Shown here one piece after another: positions 10,298 to 21,229 of a stretch of 64,000 bases of DNA. Both the position numbers and the translations under genes were made by a program. Source of the stretch: Mobula hypostoma (Eukaryota); contig NC_086097.1 in NCBI RefSeq assembly GCF_963921235.1, positions 43,464,001-43,528,000 on the forward strand, read 5' to 3'. Numbering within the stretch: the first letter of the stretch is position 1; the number at the start of each line of letters is the position of its first letter. The notes under the pieces were generated by a model, which was given only the letters and a program-made list of their open reading frames with translations, ran no database searches and was not told where the DNA came from.

Positions 10298-13200
10298 TTG
10301 CTCGAGATGGCCAGCATCTGCAGAACCTCGTGTGATGTCGTTTTATTTCTTTCCCTCCATCTCTCTAAGTCGTCTATTTATAACAGGCCAGTCGACTATA
10401 AATAGCCCATTTCGAGAGGCGGCAGAACTCATGGTCACTACCAACTGCAGAAATGTGTTTTAAATGTTATGCCTTTCTCCCCATATTATTTCTACCATGA
10501 TAAAATATCAGAAGGATTAATGTCAACTGTTGTAGAAATTCCACAGAAAAATGTTTATTTAGGCCTTATTTATAGCTTGGCGAACGTACACAAGCTGGTC
10601 GGTAAGAACTTATCGCTGAACTTTGTAGAAAGTCTCTCTCCTTTAGCCAAAACCTGAGCTCGGAGTCTTGAACACCTAGTCCAAGTGATTCTTGTGACGC
10701 TGCTTTGTTTTCAAATAATTGGGCTGTTTGTTCTGCCCTCTTGGGCGATGCCAGCAATAACGCTGAGTCGCGTTTTAGGAGTTTTCTTTTTAGTGATGCG
10801 CGATGCTGTGCTCCACCTGGGAAGAATTGAAATAAAAGAACGAAGCTAAATTATGGGATAAACACGACTGGTGTAATGACGAAGAGTCTCGGCCTGAAAC
10901 GTCGACTGTACCTCTTCCTATAGATGCTGCCTGGTCTGCTGCGTTCACCAGCAACTTTGATGTGTGTTGCTTGAATTTCCAACATCTGCAGAATTCCTGT
11001 TGTTTGATGTAATGATTTGCTGATTTTTATCGTAGCTGACTTAAATATAATTATAGTTAAGTGCTGACACCTGTCCAGGTACTTGTAGCTGATAACTTTA
11101 TTGAGGCCTTCGATAGTCGCTCAGGGTCAACCGTGAGTGCTGGGAATGATCAGATCAGGCTTATCGGTCATTTGTATGACGTGAAATGTATTATTTAGCG
11201 GCAGAAGTACTGAGTAAAGCTGTAGGTCTCTGTTGGTCCGGATCGACCACGGATGTTGCGTCCCAGCTGTCTGGGTAAACAAGCCTGGACAGTACGCTAT
11301 GGAGAGCAAGCTGTTGCCCGTGTAGCGAGCTCCCCCTCTCCACGCATCTGGTGAACCCAAAGGAACGGCAGAGACCGATACAGTTTGGCACCAGCAGCGA
11401 CGTAGGACGCCTTAGGGGCTCCAGCTCCGGATTTTTTTTTCCTCGGAGTTTACTCCCGAAGCTTTCCCCGTGGGTGGGTATAGCCACAAGGCAGCGAAGG
11501 TTTGAGATCAGAGTTTTCCTTCTAGATGAGCTGCCAACCACGGCTGATAAGCCCCACCTGTCCGAAACGATAACCCGCCTTTGCTCCTTCTCCTGCCGGT
11601 AGAAACGGTCCCGCTGGCCTTGGTAGGTAAGCCACGCGTAAAGGCCTGCAGCTGGAACTGGTTGTCAGCGGCTATTTGAGAAGCATTTAACAGATGGAGG
11701 GAGCTTGTCCTACGTCGCTGCTGGTGCCAAACTGTATCAGTCTCTGCCGTTCCTTTGGCTTCACCAGATGCGTGGAGAGGGGGAGCTGCTCGCTCTCCAT
11801 ATCGTACTGCCCATCTATAACAACCCCGAGGAGGTGGCCTAACCTAAGTTTTAGGAGACCACCAAACAAAACGCGTCAAGCTACGAGAGGAGGTTTGGGG
11901 AGGTTTGTTAAGGGAAAGGAGGGAACTAAAGGATTAGTAGTTTGAGGAAGGAATGCCAGGAGGAAAAGCTTCGACAGCCAAAGGTATCGTCACTAATGCT
12001 GGCGGCACAAAGGTTTAATGCAATAAGATTTGTGTATTTAATGTGTTCGCTTTGCTTGGCCAAATCCATATTATTTGCATAACTGCTGAAAGGTTACTAA
12101 CGTACTTAAACTCGTGGTATTTCAGAACCTGTTGATGGCACAAATGTATACAGATCTCTGGACTGCATGGAAGTACTGGCAACTAAGTACAAGGTAAGTT
12201 TAAAATTATTTATTTATAAGCTAATTTCAATAATATTGAAAAGTTGCACTTTCTTTTTACCTTCCAGGAAAAGTGTAAAGTAGAATCAAGTACAGAGTCT
12301 GAATCAGATACTTGCACTGCCGAGGTAATTTTCTCTTTCGTTGAAAGTGTTTAAACATTACATGTTTTTTAGAAAAAAATGTTGCTTTGTCTATGCCCTG
12401 CAGGTTTTGAACCGAAGTTTACCTGATTCAACAAAGAATCAGAATACTGTAAATGAAGTGAGTATTTACCTGGAGCTTAAAATAATGTAAAGTATGTTCA
12501 AATAGCTTGTCTAAAGGAAGATTTCTAGTGATACTGAATTACCAAAATGTTCAAAGTAAACTTGCATTGGGTGATTATTATAGACTCCTTGCCTGTCACT
12601 TTGATTCAGCATCCTACTCTGATGTGCATTGCCTTGGTTGCCTATGCTGTTCCATCAAAGCCCAACGTAAGCTCGGCCAATGCTTCATCTTCCATTTCAG
12701 CCTGTTAGAGTCCTTAAGACTCCTTGACTTTTATTCTGTCTTAAATTTTTGGGTCGTGATTTGTGAATTCTGTAAAGGCAAATCTCTGTAACCTGAGCAG
12801 TCATGATGAGGTGTTGTCTTCAACTGTAATATTCTGTAATTCCTTGTTCTTCTATTTTTTTTCATATCTCATCATCATCCCCTATTTGCTCTCATCCAGA
12901 TGGATCAGCTAAGATTTAATTAGCATTTATTCCCCTCTTAGACAGCACTTAAAGTAATGTTATCTCTTGGACAAAGTTGTTCGCACCCTATCTCAGCTAT
13001 TCCCTCAACATTTGCTGCCAGGTATTCCAGGTCAGAGGAACGGGAATGGGACAAAACCACCACGATGAGTTTATCATAAAACAGATGGTGCCTTTTTCTC
13101 TTGTCCAATCCTTCCATCTGGTCCATGTGGTGGATCACTAAAAGTCTCAAGCTGGGAGAAGCATTGGGAGGGAGCCATGTCTCTGTGAAACAGAATACAC

Positions 13201-14543
13201 AGCAGTCCCACATGTTCCTCTGATAAAGCAATCTTGTTCTGAGGTCTTCAGTCTTGTTTTCCAATGACTACAATTAGCTAGGAGGATGTTAGGGAGGGGA
13301 ACCTGAAGATTGTGCTTCCATCTTGTCTGAAGTCTTGCCCTGCATCCATGTATTCCTGAGATCATGGCAGTCTCTCTGGTGTATCCAGCAGTTGTATTTA
13401 CCTTCTGGGTTTTCTGATCAGAGTCAGCTGGTAGGTTCTTAGTAATGTTAATTTGTGTAAATGTCTTTGAAGTACAGTGCTTACTGTAGAAGTTTCCTTA
13501 GCAGTTTTCAGGTTTTAAGAATATAAATCTCATATAAACTGTGGCCACTCAATTTACGAAGTGTCATCTCTCAGGTGCAGCAAAAGAAACGGCAAATGTA
13601 GGGATTGTAACTGCGTATGGAAGTGATTCAAGTAAAATTCTCTTCTCAATTGTCTACTGGGCACTGTATTTAAATTTTGCATATTAAAGAATCTTATAAA
13701 ATGACCTTTCCTCATGTCCACACAGTATGTATCCCCAGCATGTTTTTATTTCAGATTTTCAGATCTGCAGCTTTTACATCTCCTTTTGAGATCTGGATTA
13801 ATCTACTGGTGAATGATTTTTTTAAATTAATGGTTTAGAGAAGTTGTCTTCAAATTATTTTAATTGTGCAGAATCTCTTTTGAGATGAGAAAGAAACTAA
13901 TTTATTTGTAAACTTCTAATGAAATGTAACTTTTATTCGAAAGTGTTTGGATCCATATGATGGAGATTTGGAGAGCACTTCAAGTGAACCGGATAGTGAT
14001 AGACGATTTATGCAAGATGTCTGTTCTGAAAAGACAAGCTATCTATCTCGTACCATTGTAACAGTAAAACCATACAAACAATCCTTGCTGACAACTTTTC
14101 TGCCTGCACACAGTTATACCGAGTTAAATTCCATCCAGATGGAAACTGTGACCACCAATGGTGTGGTTCCACAATCTTCCAGGGAATCGGAATTGCTTTC
14201 TAACAGAGTACATGAACTGGCACTTGCAATCAACAGTTCTGTGGCAGATCCTGGACAGCAGCAGTTTGGATCCTTGGAGTTGGATGTACTGACTGAATCG
14301 TCTACTTTCAACACGAATGGTGAAAGAGATCACGAACTTCTGAATGTATTTGTTGTTCAAGACCCTGGGAAACATGACTTCAGGCACCAAAATGTTCACT
14401 TGTGCTCAGGACAACTTTTAAATGCTGCCCAGGAAAGCTTTCTTGAGAAAAGGGTATCATCAAAACGAAAGTTTGGAAGCCACTTAATTGAAGCAAGCAA
14501 TGACCGAATAATTAAAAAGAAAAGTTGTATGATAAGAACAGAG
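9647..14543 (+). CDS. Uncharacterised spliced gene, exons 9647-9695, 12126-12193, 12268-12324, 12404-12457, 13944-14543 (MPGKRKKKRRLRCCAQEPVDG...KYKEKCKVESSTESESD...CLDPYDGDLES...IKKKSCMIRTE)
   Basis: gaccATG start; donors GTAAAT, GTAAGT, GTAATT, GTGAGT, GTAAGC; AG acceptors; phases 1,0,0,0,0 give one open frame of 276 codons; the 600 nt exon coincides with non-repeat ORF 13947..14567. Confidence 0.75.
9830..9962 (+). mobile_element. Penelope-like pseudo-LTR fragment carrying the hammerhead
   Basis: GAAGGGTCTCGGCCTGAAACGTCGACTG...GATGCTGCCTGGCCTGCTG unit, recurrent across the window. Confidence 0.65.
9868..9905 (+). ncRNA. Minimal type-I hammerhead ribozyme (Penelope-like element type)
   Basis: Stem I TAGTC/GACTG; core CTGACGA (9873-9879); stem II AGG-GTCTCGG-CCT; GAAA; palindromic ACGT stem III; GTC cleavage triplet ending at 9900. 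Confidence 0.75.
10045..10333. mobile_element. Fold-back element made of two inverted Penelope-type pseudo-LTR arms
   Basis: Left arm ACAAGAGAAAATCTGC...CAGTCGACGTTTCGGGCCGAG...GACTT is inverted against right arm AAGTC...GCTGCCTGGCCTGCTGAGTTCCTCCAGCA(TG)n...CCAGCATCTGCAG. Confidence 0.7.
10264..10293. repeat. (TG)n microsatellite inside the fold-back element
   Basis: About 15 TG units, read directly. Confidence 0.9.
10877..11005 (+). mobile_element. Penelope-type pseudo-LTR arm with a near-intact hammerhead (core ATGACGA)
   Basis: TGACGAAGAGTCTCGGCCTGAAACGTCGACTG...CATCTGCAGAATTCCTGTTGTTT. Confidence 0.65.
11240..11826 (-). mobile_element. ~520 bp RTE-5'UTR-like dispersed repeat with an internal inverted duplication
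   Basis: Homologous to 25815-26170 (same orientation) and 43570-44090 (opposite orientation). The RTE assignment comes from recalled similarity and is unverified. Confidence 0.6.
12990..13420 (-). mobile_element. LINE endonuclease fragment in intron 4 of the plus-strand gene
   Basis: ENK.EDLR.RLLYQR....CCV.CFTETWL; same family as 57350-57790. Confidence 0.7.
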
Positions 14544-14819
14544 GTAAGCAATTTTGTGGTGAAGTAGACTGTTCAGAAATGCTTCCACTGTAATGTTATT
14601 TGAACTGGTATAAACTGGATTTAAAATGTTACATACTCAAGATGTTGCTGGCCTGTGCAATCCTTTTCCATTGCAAACATCCAATTTTGGCTTGAATAGA
14701 ACCAATAGATTCTGAATAAGACAACAATCATTCTGTCACAATAGTAGTGTCTGTGCATAATTGAATAATCTTGTTTAGTGAAGTAAGTTGTTTTTTTCCT
14801 CTTGATGTTTGTTTGCCAG

Positions 14820-14888
14820 GATAAAGTTCTGCAGGTGAGAAAAACTTTGTACTCTCTCCCCATTTGCCAATTTTGTGAATGCAAGTGA
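14820..14888 (+). CDS. Candidate terminal exon of the plus-strand gene (DKVLQVRKTLYSLPICQFCECK*), or a 15 nt micro-exon 14820-14834
   Basis: Long T-rich tract then CAG at 14817-14819; phase-0 frame open to TGA; AATAAA at 14896-14901; an internal CAG/GTGAGA donor is also present. Confidence 0.45.
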   Translation, partial: DKVLQVRKTLYSLPICQFCECK

Positions 14889-16835
14889 TTTGTGGAATAA
14901 AATTAATAGCTTTACAAAGTCCCTTTTTATTTCTATTAAAAAATGTAAGTTGACTCGATAACAGAGTTCACTAACTTGTCTATGTCTTTGTATTTTACTC
15001 ATTTTTGGGATTGTTCTGATATTGAAGTACAGATAACATGACAGTATTCTAATCAATTAGTTTATTTTTAAGATTATGACCAATCCCTACAAGGCTGCAC
15101 ACATTGCCCATGCTAAATTTACACTGAAGTTATAATGATGTTTGCTGTTTCAAACTCTTGAGCTTCCTACTGATTTGAGGAGTCAACCAAATCATATTTT
15201 AGCTTGATGTTTTGGTCAGGTCACACTAAAGGTGCAGGCTTCTTTCTCATGAAGGATTTTAAATAATAGCTCTCATTCTTGGTGCTCTACAAGTCTCATT
15301 CTGAAATTGTGTAAGCTAATTTAGATTGTGAAACATATTTGAAGTTTACTAGCATTTGTTGTGCCTCCAAGTATGATTCAACATTATTAGTCATTTGGTT
15401 GTTAAGAGGAGAAACTGTTTACTTTTCAATTCAGAGCTCATCTGTACCTCCGCCTGTTCCTAAACAGATGTGCTCCCACCTCCCTTAGACACGTAGGTTG
15501 CTGGCTAATTGACCACTGTAAGTTATCACCTACACAGACATGGAGAGTTGAGAAGAATATGGGAGAACAGAGTGGGATTAACATACGATTAGTGGAAATG
15601 GGTAGTTGATGGTCATTGGAGACTTGTTATTGTTAATGAAGCATGCTTGTTTCACTGGGGAGTAGGCTATAATTTTTTTTCCCATGTCAAATGCTAAATT
15701 GTCAGTCACAAACTTCATGTGCTTCCTTGTCCATTTGTAAGAATAGAAGCCATTTTACATTTTGTGTGTAAATATTGTCTGTAATCTGGCACCAAAATGT
15801 CTGAGGGGAAAGATTTGTGTGCATGCTTATTTATGTTCCTATTATACTACAAGTATTTTGACTGAAACATTTCATAGATCTCAAGTAACTTGGTCAAAAA
15901 TAGTGCTGTGTTTTGTAACTCCAAAACATACACTAATTGAAAGCAAAAACATGGAGCGGGGAGAATGTGTCCTAGTTTTGTACGTACTTCATGAGGTGTG
16001 CACGTATGATGTGGTGGTGTGATGACTTGCACCATTGCGTATTATGGTAATGAATTATTTGTACAACCACTGTACAGCATAGTGAATTCTAAATTATCCT
16101 ATTCAGGCCAAAAGATTTAATCTCTGTAGAGGATTTCTTGCTCTTATGGGATGACATCTTTCCTCGCAGGGTGGGGGGATTCACTCTGCTTGACAGGAGA
16201 CTTGCGGCTGTAAAACAATCTCAGGTTCTGGGGCCTCCTCCATGAAGGTTGTAGGAGTTGCCCCTAGGACTGTGGGAAGTGGTTCTGATGGCTTTAGACG
16301 TGTTGGCAGTGACAACCTTCATTGGATGCTGTGGATCACAATGTGTGAGTACAGTGTCTGATGTCACAATTTCCTTTACCTTTTAGAGACCCACCTCATT
16401 ACTTTGTCCATTGCCATTTCTTCCTGTTTTGCAGTAATGAGTTCAGGAGGTGGAGCACAGTAGTCAGGCTTGGCAGGAACCTGTTATATTAATTGACAGA
16501 TCCTAAAAAGGGCCACATCTGTGACTCGTCCTTTGGTCTTGGAGCATCCACTTCTGCTTGAATTTTCTCAGCACACTTGTGTAATTCTTGTTTGGCAAGG
16601 GTGTGACCGCAGTAGTGCTTGGTTTTAAGAATTCACACTTGTTGTGACATGCCCTGAGCCCAGAATCTTCTAAATCTTGAGATTTTGGAGATGTTCCTTG
16701 TCATCCTCGCCAGTGACAATGATGTCATCCAGGTAGCCCTGAGAGCCTGGGCTGCCTTACAGCACCTGGTCCATCACTTTCTGCCAGAGTGTAGGTGCAA
16801 ATGCTACTCCAAAAATGAGCCTATTATAGCAATAA

Positions 16836-17415
16836 GGCACTGGTGAGGCGTCACCTTGAGTATTGTGAACAATTTTGTGCCCCTCCTCTTAGAAAAGATG
16901 TGCTGGCATTGGAGAGGGTCCAGAGGAGGTTTACAAGGATGATTCCAGGAATGAAAGGGTTATCATATGAGGATTGTTTGATGGCTCTGGGTCTGTACTC
17001 ACTCAAATTCAGAAGGATGAGGGGGGATTTCATTGAAACCTTTCAAATATTGAAAGGCCTAGACAGTAAATGTGGAAAGGATGTTTCCCATGGTGGGAGA
17101 GTGTAGGACAAGAGGGCACAGCTTCAGAACAGAGGGTTACCCTTTCAAAACAGAGAAGCAGAGAAATTTCATTAGCTATAGTGAATTTGTGGAATTTGTT
17201 GCCATATGCAGCTGTGGAGGCCAGGTTGTTGGGTGTATTTAAGGCAGAGATTGATAGGTTCTTGATTGGACATGGCATCAAAGGTTACAAGGAGAAGGCT
17301 GGGAAATGGGGTTGAAGAGGAGATGGTAAAAAAGGATCAGCCATGATTGAATGGTGGAGCAGACTCGATCGGCTAAATCGCCTAATTCTGCTCATATTTT
17401 AAGGTCTTATGGTCT
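16836..17415 (+). mobile_element. CR1 LINE 3' fragment nested in the Gypsy element
   Basis: ORF 16843 (HLEYC.QF..P..RKDVLALERVQRRFTRMIPG) is the CR1 ORF2 C-terminus. Confidence 0.85.
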
Positions 17416-18046
17416 AAAGCCCTTTGTGTGTTTATGATGAGAAACAGTTTGGGCTTTTCTTCATCTTCAGGCAGGCCTCAGCTAAGTCCACTTTACTTAA
17501 GTGTTTTTCTCCAGAAAGGTTTGCAAAACTACCCTCTATTGTGGGCAAAGGAGGCTGATCTGTTTTCTGTACTTGGGTTGATGGTGATCTTGAAATTGCC
17601 AAAGATCCTGACTAGCCCATTCTTGACTAGTGGGACCACTGGTGTTGCCCATGAGCTTCACTCATCCTGGAAAGAATTCCTTCCCTCTCCATATGATGTA
17701 GTTCACTGGCTACTTCATCATAGATTGTATAATGAACTGGGCTAGCTTCATAGTACTTGGGTGTCACACGTTCATTTAACACTATCACTTGTGATACGTT
17801 TGACCTTTCCAATACCATCCTCAAAACTGCTGTGGCATCATCCACTACTTAATTTGCTTTCAGTTGACTCTTTAGCAGATAGTTCTCCAATCAAGTTGTA
17901 GTTGTCTCAGTTAGTCACATTCGTACAATGCTGGCCCTCCTAGCTTTACCAACTACAAGCTCAATGTGGCTTGTTGGTTGTTGTATTTCATTGTTAAGAA
18001 TGTAATTCCCACTGGAGTTTTTTCTCCAGTAAAAGTGCTTAGTTGG

Positions 18047-18284
18047 TGTTAATTTTTTGTAAATTCAAAGCATTGAACTAGTTCAAAGGAAGGCATGGGA
18101 GTTCGATATGTGAGACTAACTTTGCTTTACGTTAAATGGGCGTGCACATTTCAGGTGACAGCATGACGTGCAATTCGCACAGTTATACATATAACCTGCA
18201 ATGAGTTATTTAAGCAAAAATGAGTAATCAAGCACTGTATTCACAAAATTGTGTATTTAATATTTAAATTATTTTTGCACAATA
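18047..18284. mobile_element. Solo-LTR-like insertion nested in the Gypsy pol region
   Basis: Begins TGTTAATTTTTTGTAAATTCAAAGCAT, resembling the flanking LTRs; interrupts pol between ...CTTAGTTGG and ATATCTGCAGG. Confidence 0.55.
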
Positions 18285-19283
18285 GTTCAATATCTGCAGG
18301 CTTCAGTTTAGTATCTTGAAATGCTGATAAAATTAATTTTGTGGAATGACTGAAACGGCTGAGCCAGTGTCCAATGCCATTTTAGTTGATTTGCTGAACA
18401 CTCCTGGTGTAAGCCATATTGCTCATCTGTTAGTTTTCACATTGAATAGCTCAAGTCTACTCAGTCCCGTGGCACTCTCATCATTGTCAGATTTTTCTAA
18501 AATCAACGGCATGCTCTTTTTGAAACTGCAACTTGACTTCAACATTTTCTCTTCCCTGTGCAGTCAATTTGTCTTTGTCTGCCTGACATGCTCTTTGTGT
18601 GTGTCCTACTTTGCTGCATTTTCTGCAAGTTTTGCCTTTAAACCTACATTGGTCTGATGTATGTGAGCCCCTGCCACAATGGTGACACAATTTGTATGGC
18701 CAGGCCAGTTTCTGTTTAGATGCTATAATTTTGTTCATGCTCACTTTCATTCCTGACTGCAACTCAATTGTGTGTCTCTGCTGATTCTATCAATAGTTAT
18801 TTCAACTACTCTTTTAAATCTAAGTTGTGCTTCAGTTAGCTGTCTTGTGAGATTACACAAAGTGAACAATCATTAAGCTCATTACTGAACTGCTAATGCT
18901 TAGACAATCTTTTCAATTCAGCCATGTATGCTTTTTGATTCTGCTTGTGAAACCTAAAGATTCTGTAATCAACAATACTTTCAGTTCTAAATGTTCTGGC
19001 ATTACTTTCATGATATAACCAAAGCTCATTTTGGCTGATTTTGGTGGAGCAAACAAAATGCCTTTAAATCCAATGCATCAGCAAAACTGGTACTTCTCAT
19101 TACTGTTTCATGTGCTTTAAAATGCTGTTTAATTTGTTCCATACACAAAAATCAAAATATGTCTATCTTTCCAATGTAGCCAGCCATTTTAGTTTTTTGT
19201 TTTATAGTTTGATTAGATGGTGAATTTGTCTGTTTTTTGCCTTTTTTAAAAACGAGTTTGCTCCTCTTGGGAGGAAAGTGTGC

Positions 19284-19314
<31 letters not shown>

Positions 19315-19464
19315 TTGAACATCTTGCTGCACTTCAACAGGCAGGTAGTTGTCTTGGGTTTGTTGAAAACTTTCTCAGTGGCACTGTTATGTTTTGTAAC
19401 TCAAAGCATAAACCGATAGAAAGCAAAAACATGGAGCTGGAAGAACTTGCCTTAGTTTTTTTGC

Positions 19465-20365
19465 ATGCTCGGCCTGCTGCTGGCTCACGACTGCACTGCC
19501 AGATTCAACTCGAGCTGCATCACCAAGTTCACTGATAGAACAGCAGTGGGCCTCATCAGCAATAATGATGAGTCCGCATGCAGAGAGCAGGTAGGGAGGC
19601 TTGTCAAATGGTGTGAGAACAACCTGAGTCTCAGTGTGGGTTGACAAGAGATGATTGTGGACTTCAAGAAAGTACAAGTCAACCACTCTCCATTGCACAT
19701 CACTGACTCTGCCATGGAGAGAGTGAAAAGCACAAAATTCCTTGCTGTTCACATAACAGACAATCTAAACCTGGACCTACGACAGCTTTCTGCTGAAGGA
19801 GGTACAGCAGTGCCTACACTTTGAGGTTGAGGCATGCAAGTCTCCTTGCCCCCATTCTAGCATCTTTCCACAGGAGCACCAGTGAGATTGTCCTGTCTGG
19901 TTGTATCATTGTGTGGTATGGAAGCTGCAAGGCATCGGACTGCAGGACCCTACAGAGGGGAGTAAAAACTGTTGAGAGGATTGCTGGGGTCTCCCTCCCG
20001 CTTGTAGCGGCATTTACCAGGAGCATTGCAGATGAAGGACCCAAAGCATTGTTGAAGATCTCTAACACCAATCCCACACTCTTGTTGACCCTCCTCCATT
20101 AGAAAGGAGGTACAACAGCGTCAGAACTAAGACTGCCAGACTGGGTAACGGCCTTCCCTTCAGGCTGTGAGACTAACGAATATCCGGCCATCATAGAGGT
20201 CTTGTCACTAGGACAGCCAACTGTTTACCTTTGCTATACTTTACTAGATGCATTTTGAATTATATTTTATTAACTTGTAACATTTTGGTTTTGTGCTGTG
20301 TGTGATGTGCTTTGAGTGCAGTCCAGAAGAGTGTTTCACTTGGTTGTCAGATGACAATGAACTTG
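19465..20365 (+). mobile_element. Rex/L2-type LINE 3' part
   Basis: ORF 19821 (E.VLSGCI.VWYG...LQR.VK..ERI.G). Confidence 0.7.
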
Positions 20366-21229
20366 AAGTCAAGGAGACTGCAGGTCTCTCATGACAATGC
20401 CTGTTATAATGACTGTGACAATGCTGTAACTCCAAAGGAACTAGAGCTGTGTAACCTTTGAGCTGGTTGGGGAACCAGAGGGCTGATAGATAGGAGTTAC
20501 AAGGAAGTAGCTGGGTGACTGTCAGGAAAGATCAGTACAGTGTGTCCCTGTGGTTGTTCCCTTCAGTAACAAGTATTCTGCTTTGGATGCTGTTGGGGAG
20601 GTGGGAGGGGGCAATCTACCAGATTAAAACTGCAGGAGCCAGGTCTCTGGCGCTGAGTTTGCCTCTGGCTCAGAAAGGGAGGTGGTGAAGAGGGAGAAAG
20701 ATGTGGAAAGCAGTAATAATGGGGGATTTATTGTTTAGGGGAACAGGAGGTTCCCAAATGTTGCATGCCAGGTTCAAGTCCATGATGTTCTACAAGGGGA
20801 GGGTCAGCAAAGAGAAGACATGGTACACATTGGTACCAGTGACATGGCTTAAAAGGATGAGGTCCTGAAGAGCAAACAAATGGAGTTGAGCAGGAAGCTG
20901 AGACGGAGGTTCTTGAGGGAAGTCGTGGGTCATTGGGATCTCTTCTAGGGAAGGTATGACCTGTACAAAAGTGACAGGTTACACCACAACTCGAAGTACC
21001 TCCCAGTGTTGCCTTCGGGCAGGTTTGCTGGAGTTGTTTGGGGGTGGGGTTTAAACTTGGTTGTCAGGGAGATGGGGACAAGAGCCAGAGGATGAGGCAG
21101 TGGCGTCGTTAGATGCAGCAGGTAGAGAGATTTGTGGAGGGATAGGCAGCAGATGGAGCATAAATGCAGTCAGATGGATGGGTTAAATGTTTTACTTGAA
21201 TGTGAGAAATATTAAGAACAAAGGTCATA

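Larger units (their letters stand above)
9330..12010. promoter_or_regulatory. CpG-rich island over the promoter, exon 1 and intron 1 of the plus-strand gene
   Basis: CG dinucleotides are visibly much denser than elsewhere in the window. The RTE-like repeat copy here keeps CpGs that are TG/CA in its copies near 25.9 kb and 43.6-44.0 kb. Confidence 0.7.
15907..19460 (-). mobile_element. Degenerate Gypsy/Ty3 LTR retrotransposon (gag, protease, partial RT; integrase region not seen)
   Basis: Related LTR starts at 15907 and 19385 (TGT..TTTTGTAACT...AAAGCAAAAACATGGAG). gag MAGYIGKID at about 19187; zinc knuckle CHHCGRGSHTSDQC; protease MALDTGSAVS at about 18350-18380; RT RLIFGVA.AP..WQ...YLDD at about 16720-16830. 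Confidence 0.85.

Noticed and set aside
10388..10601. Possible extra exons in intron 1 (acceptors near 10387 and 10563, donor G/GTAAGA at 10601/10602)
   Set aside because: The first has no phase-compatible donor. The second is possible but not needed for the frame and has no other support.
11543..11570. CTGATAAG...CGAAAC hammerhead-like words in the RTE-like repeat
   Set aside because: No convincing stem II, stem I or cleavage triplet; the copy at 26146 reads CTGAAG instead of GAAA
12800..12870. ATGATGA box C-like motif in intron 4 of the plus-strand gene
   Set aside because: No box D (CTGA) or terminal stem at a suitable distance
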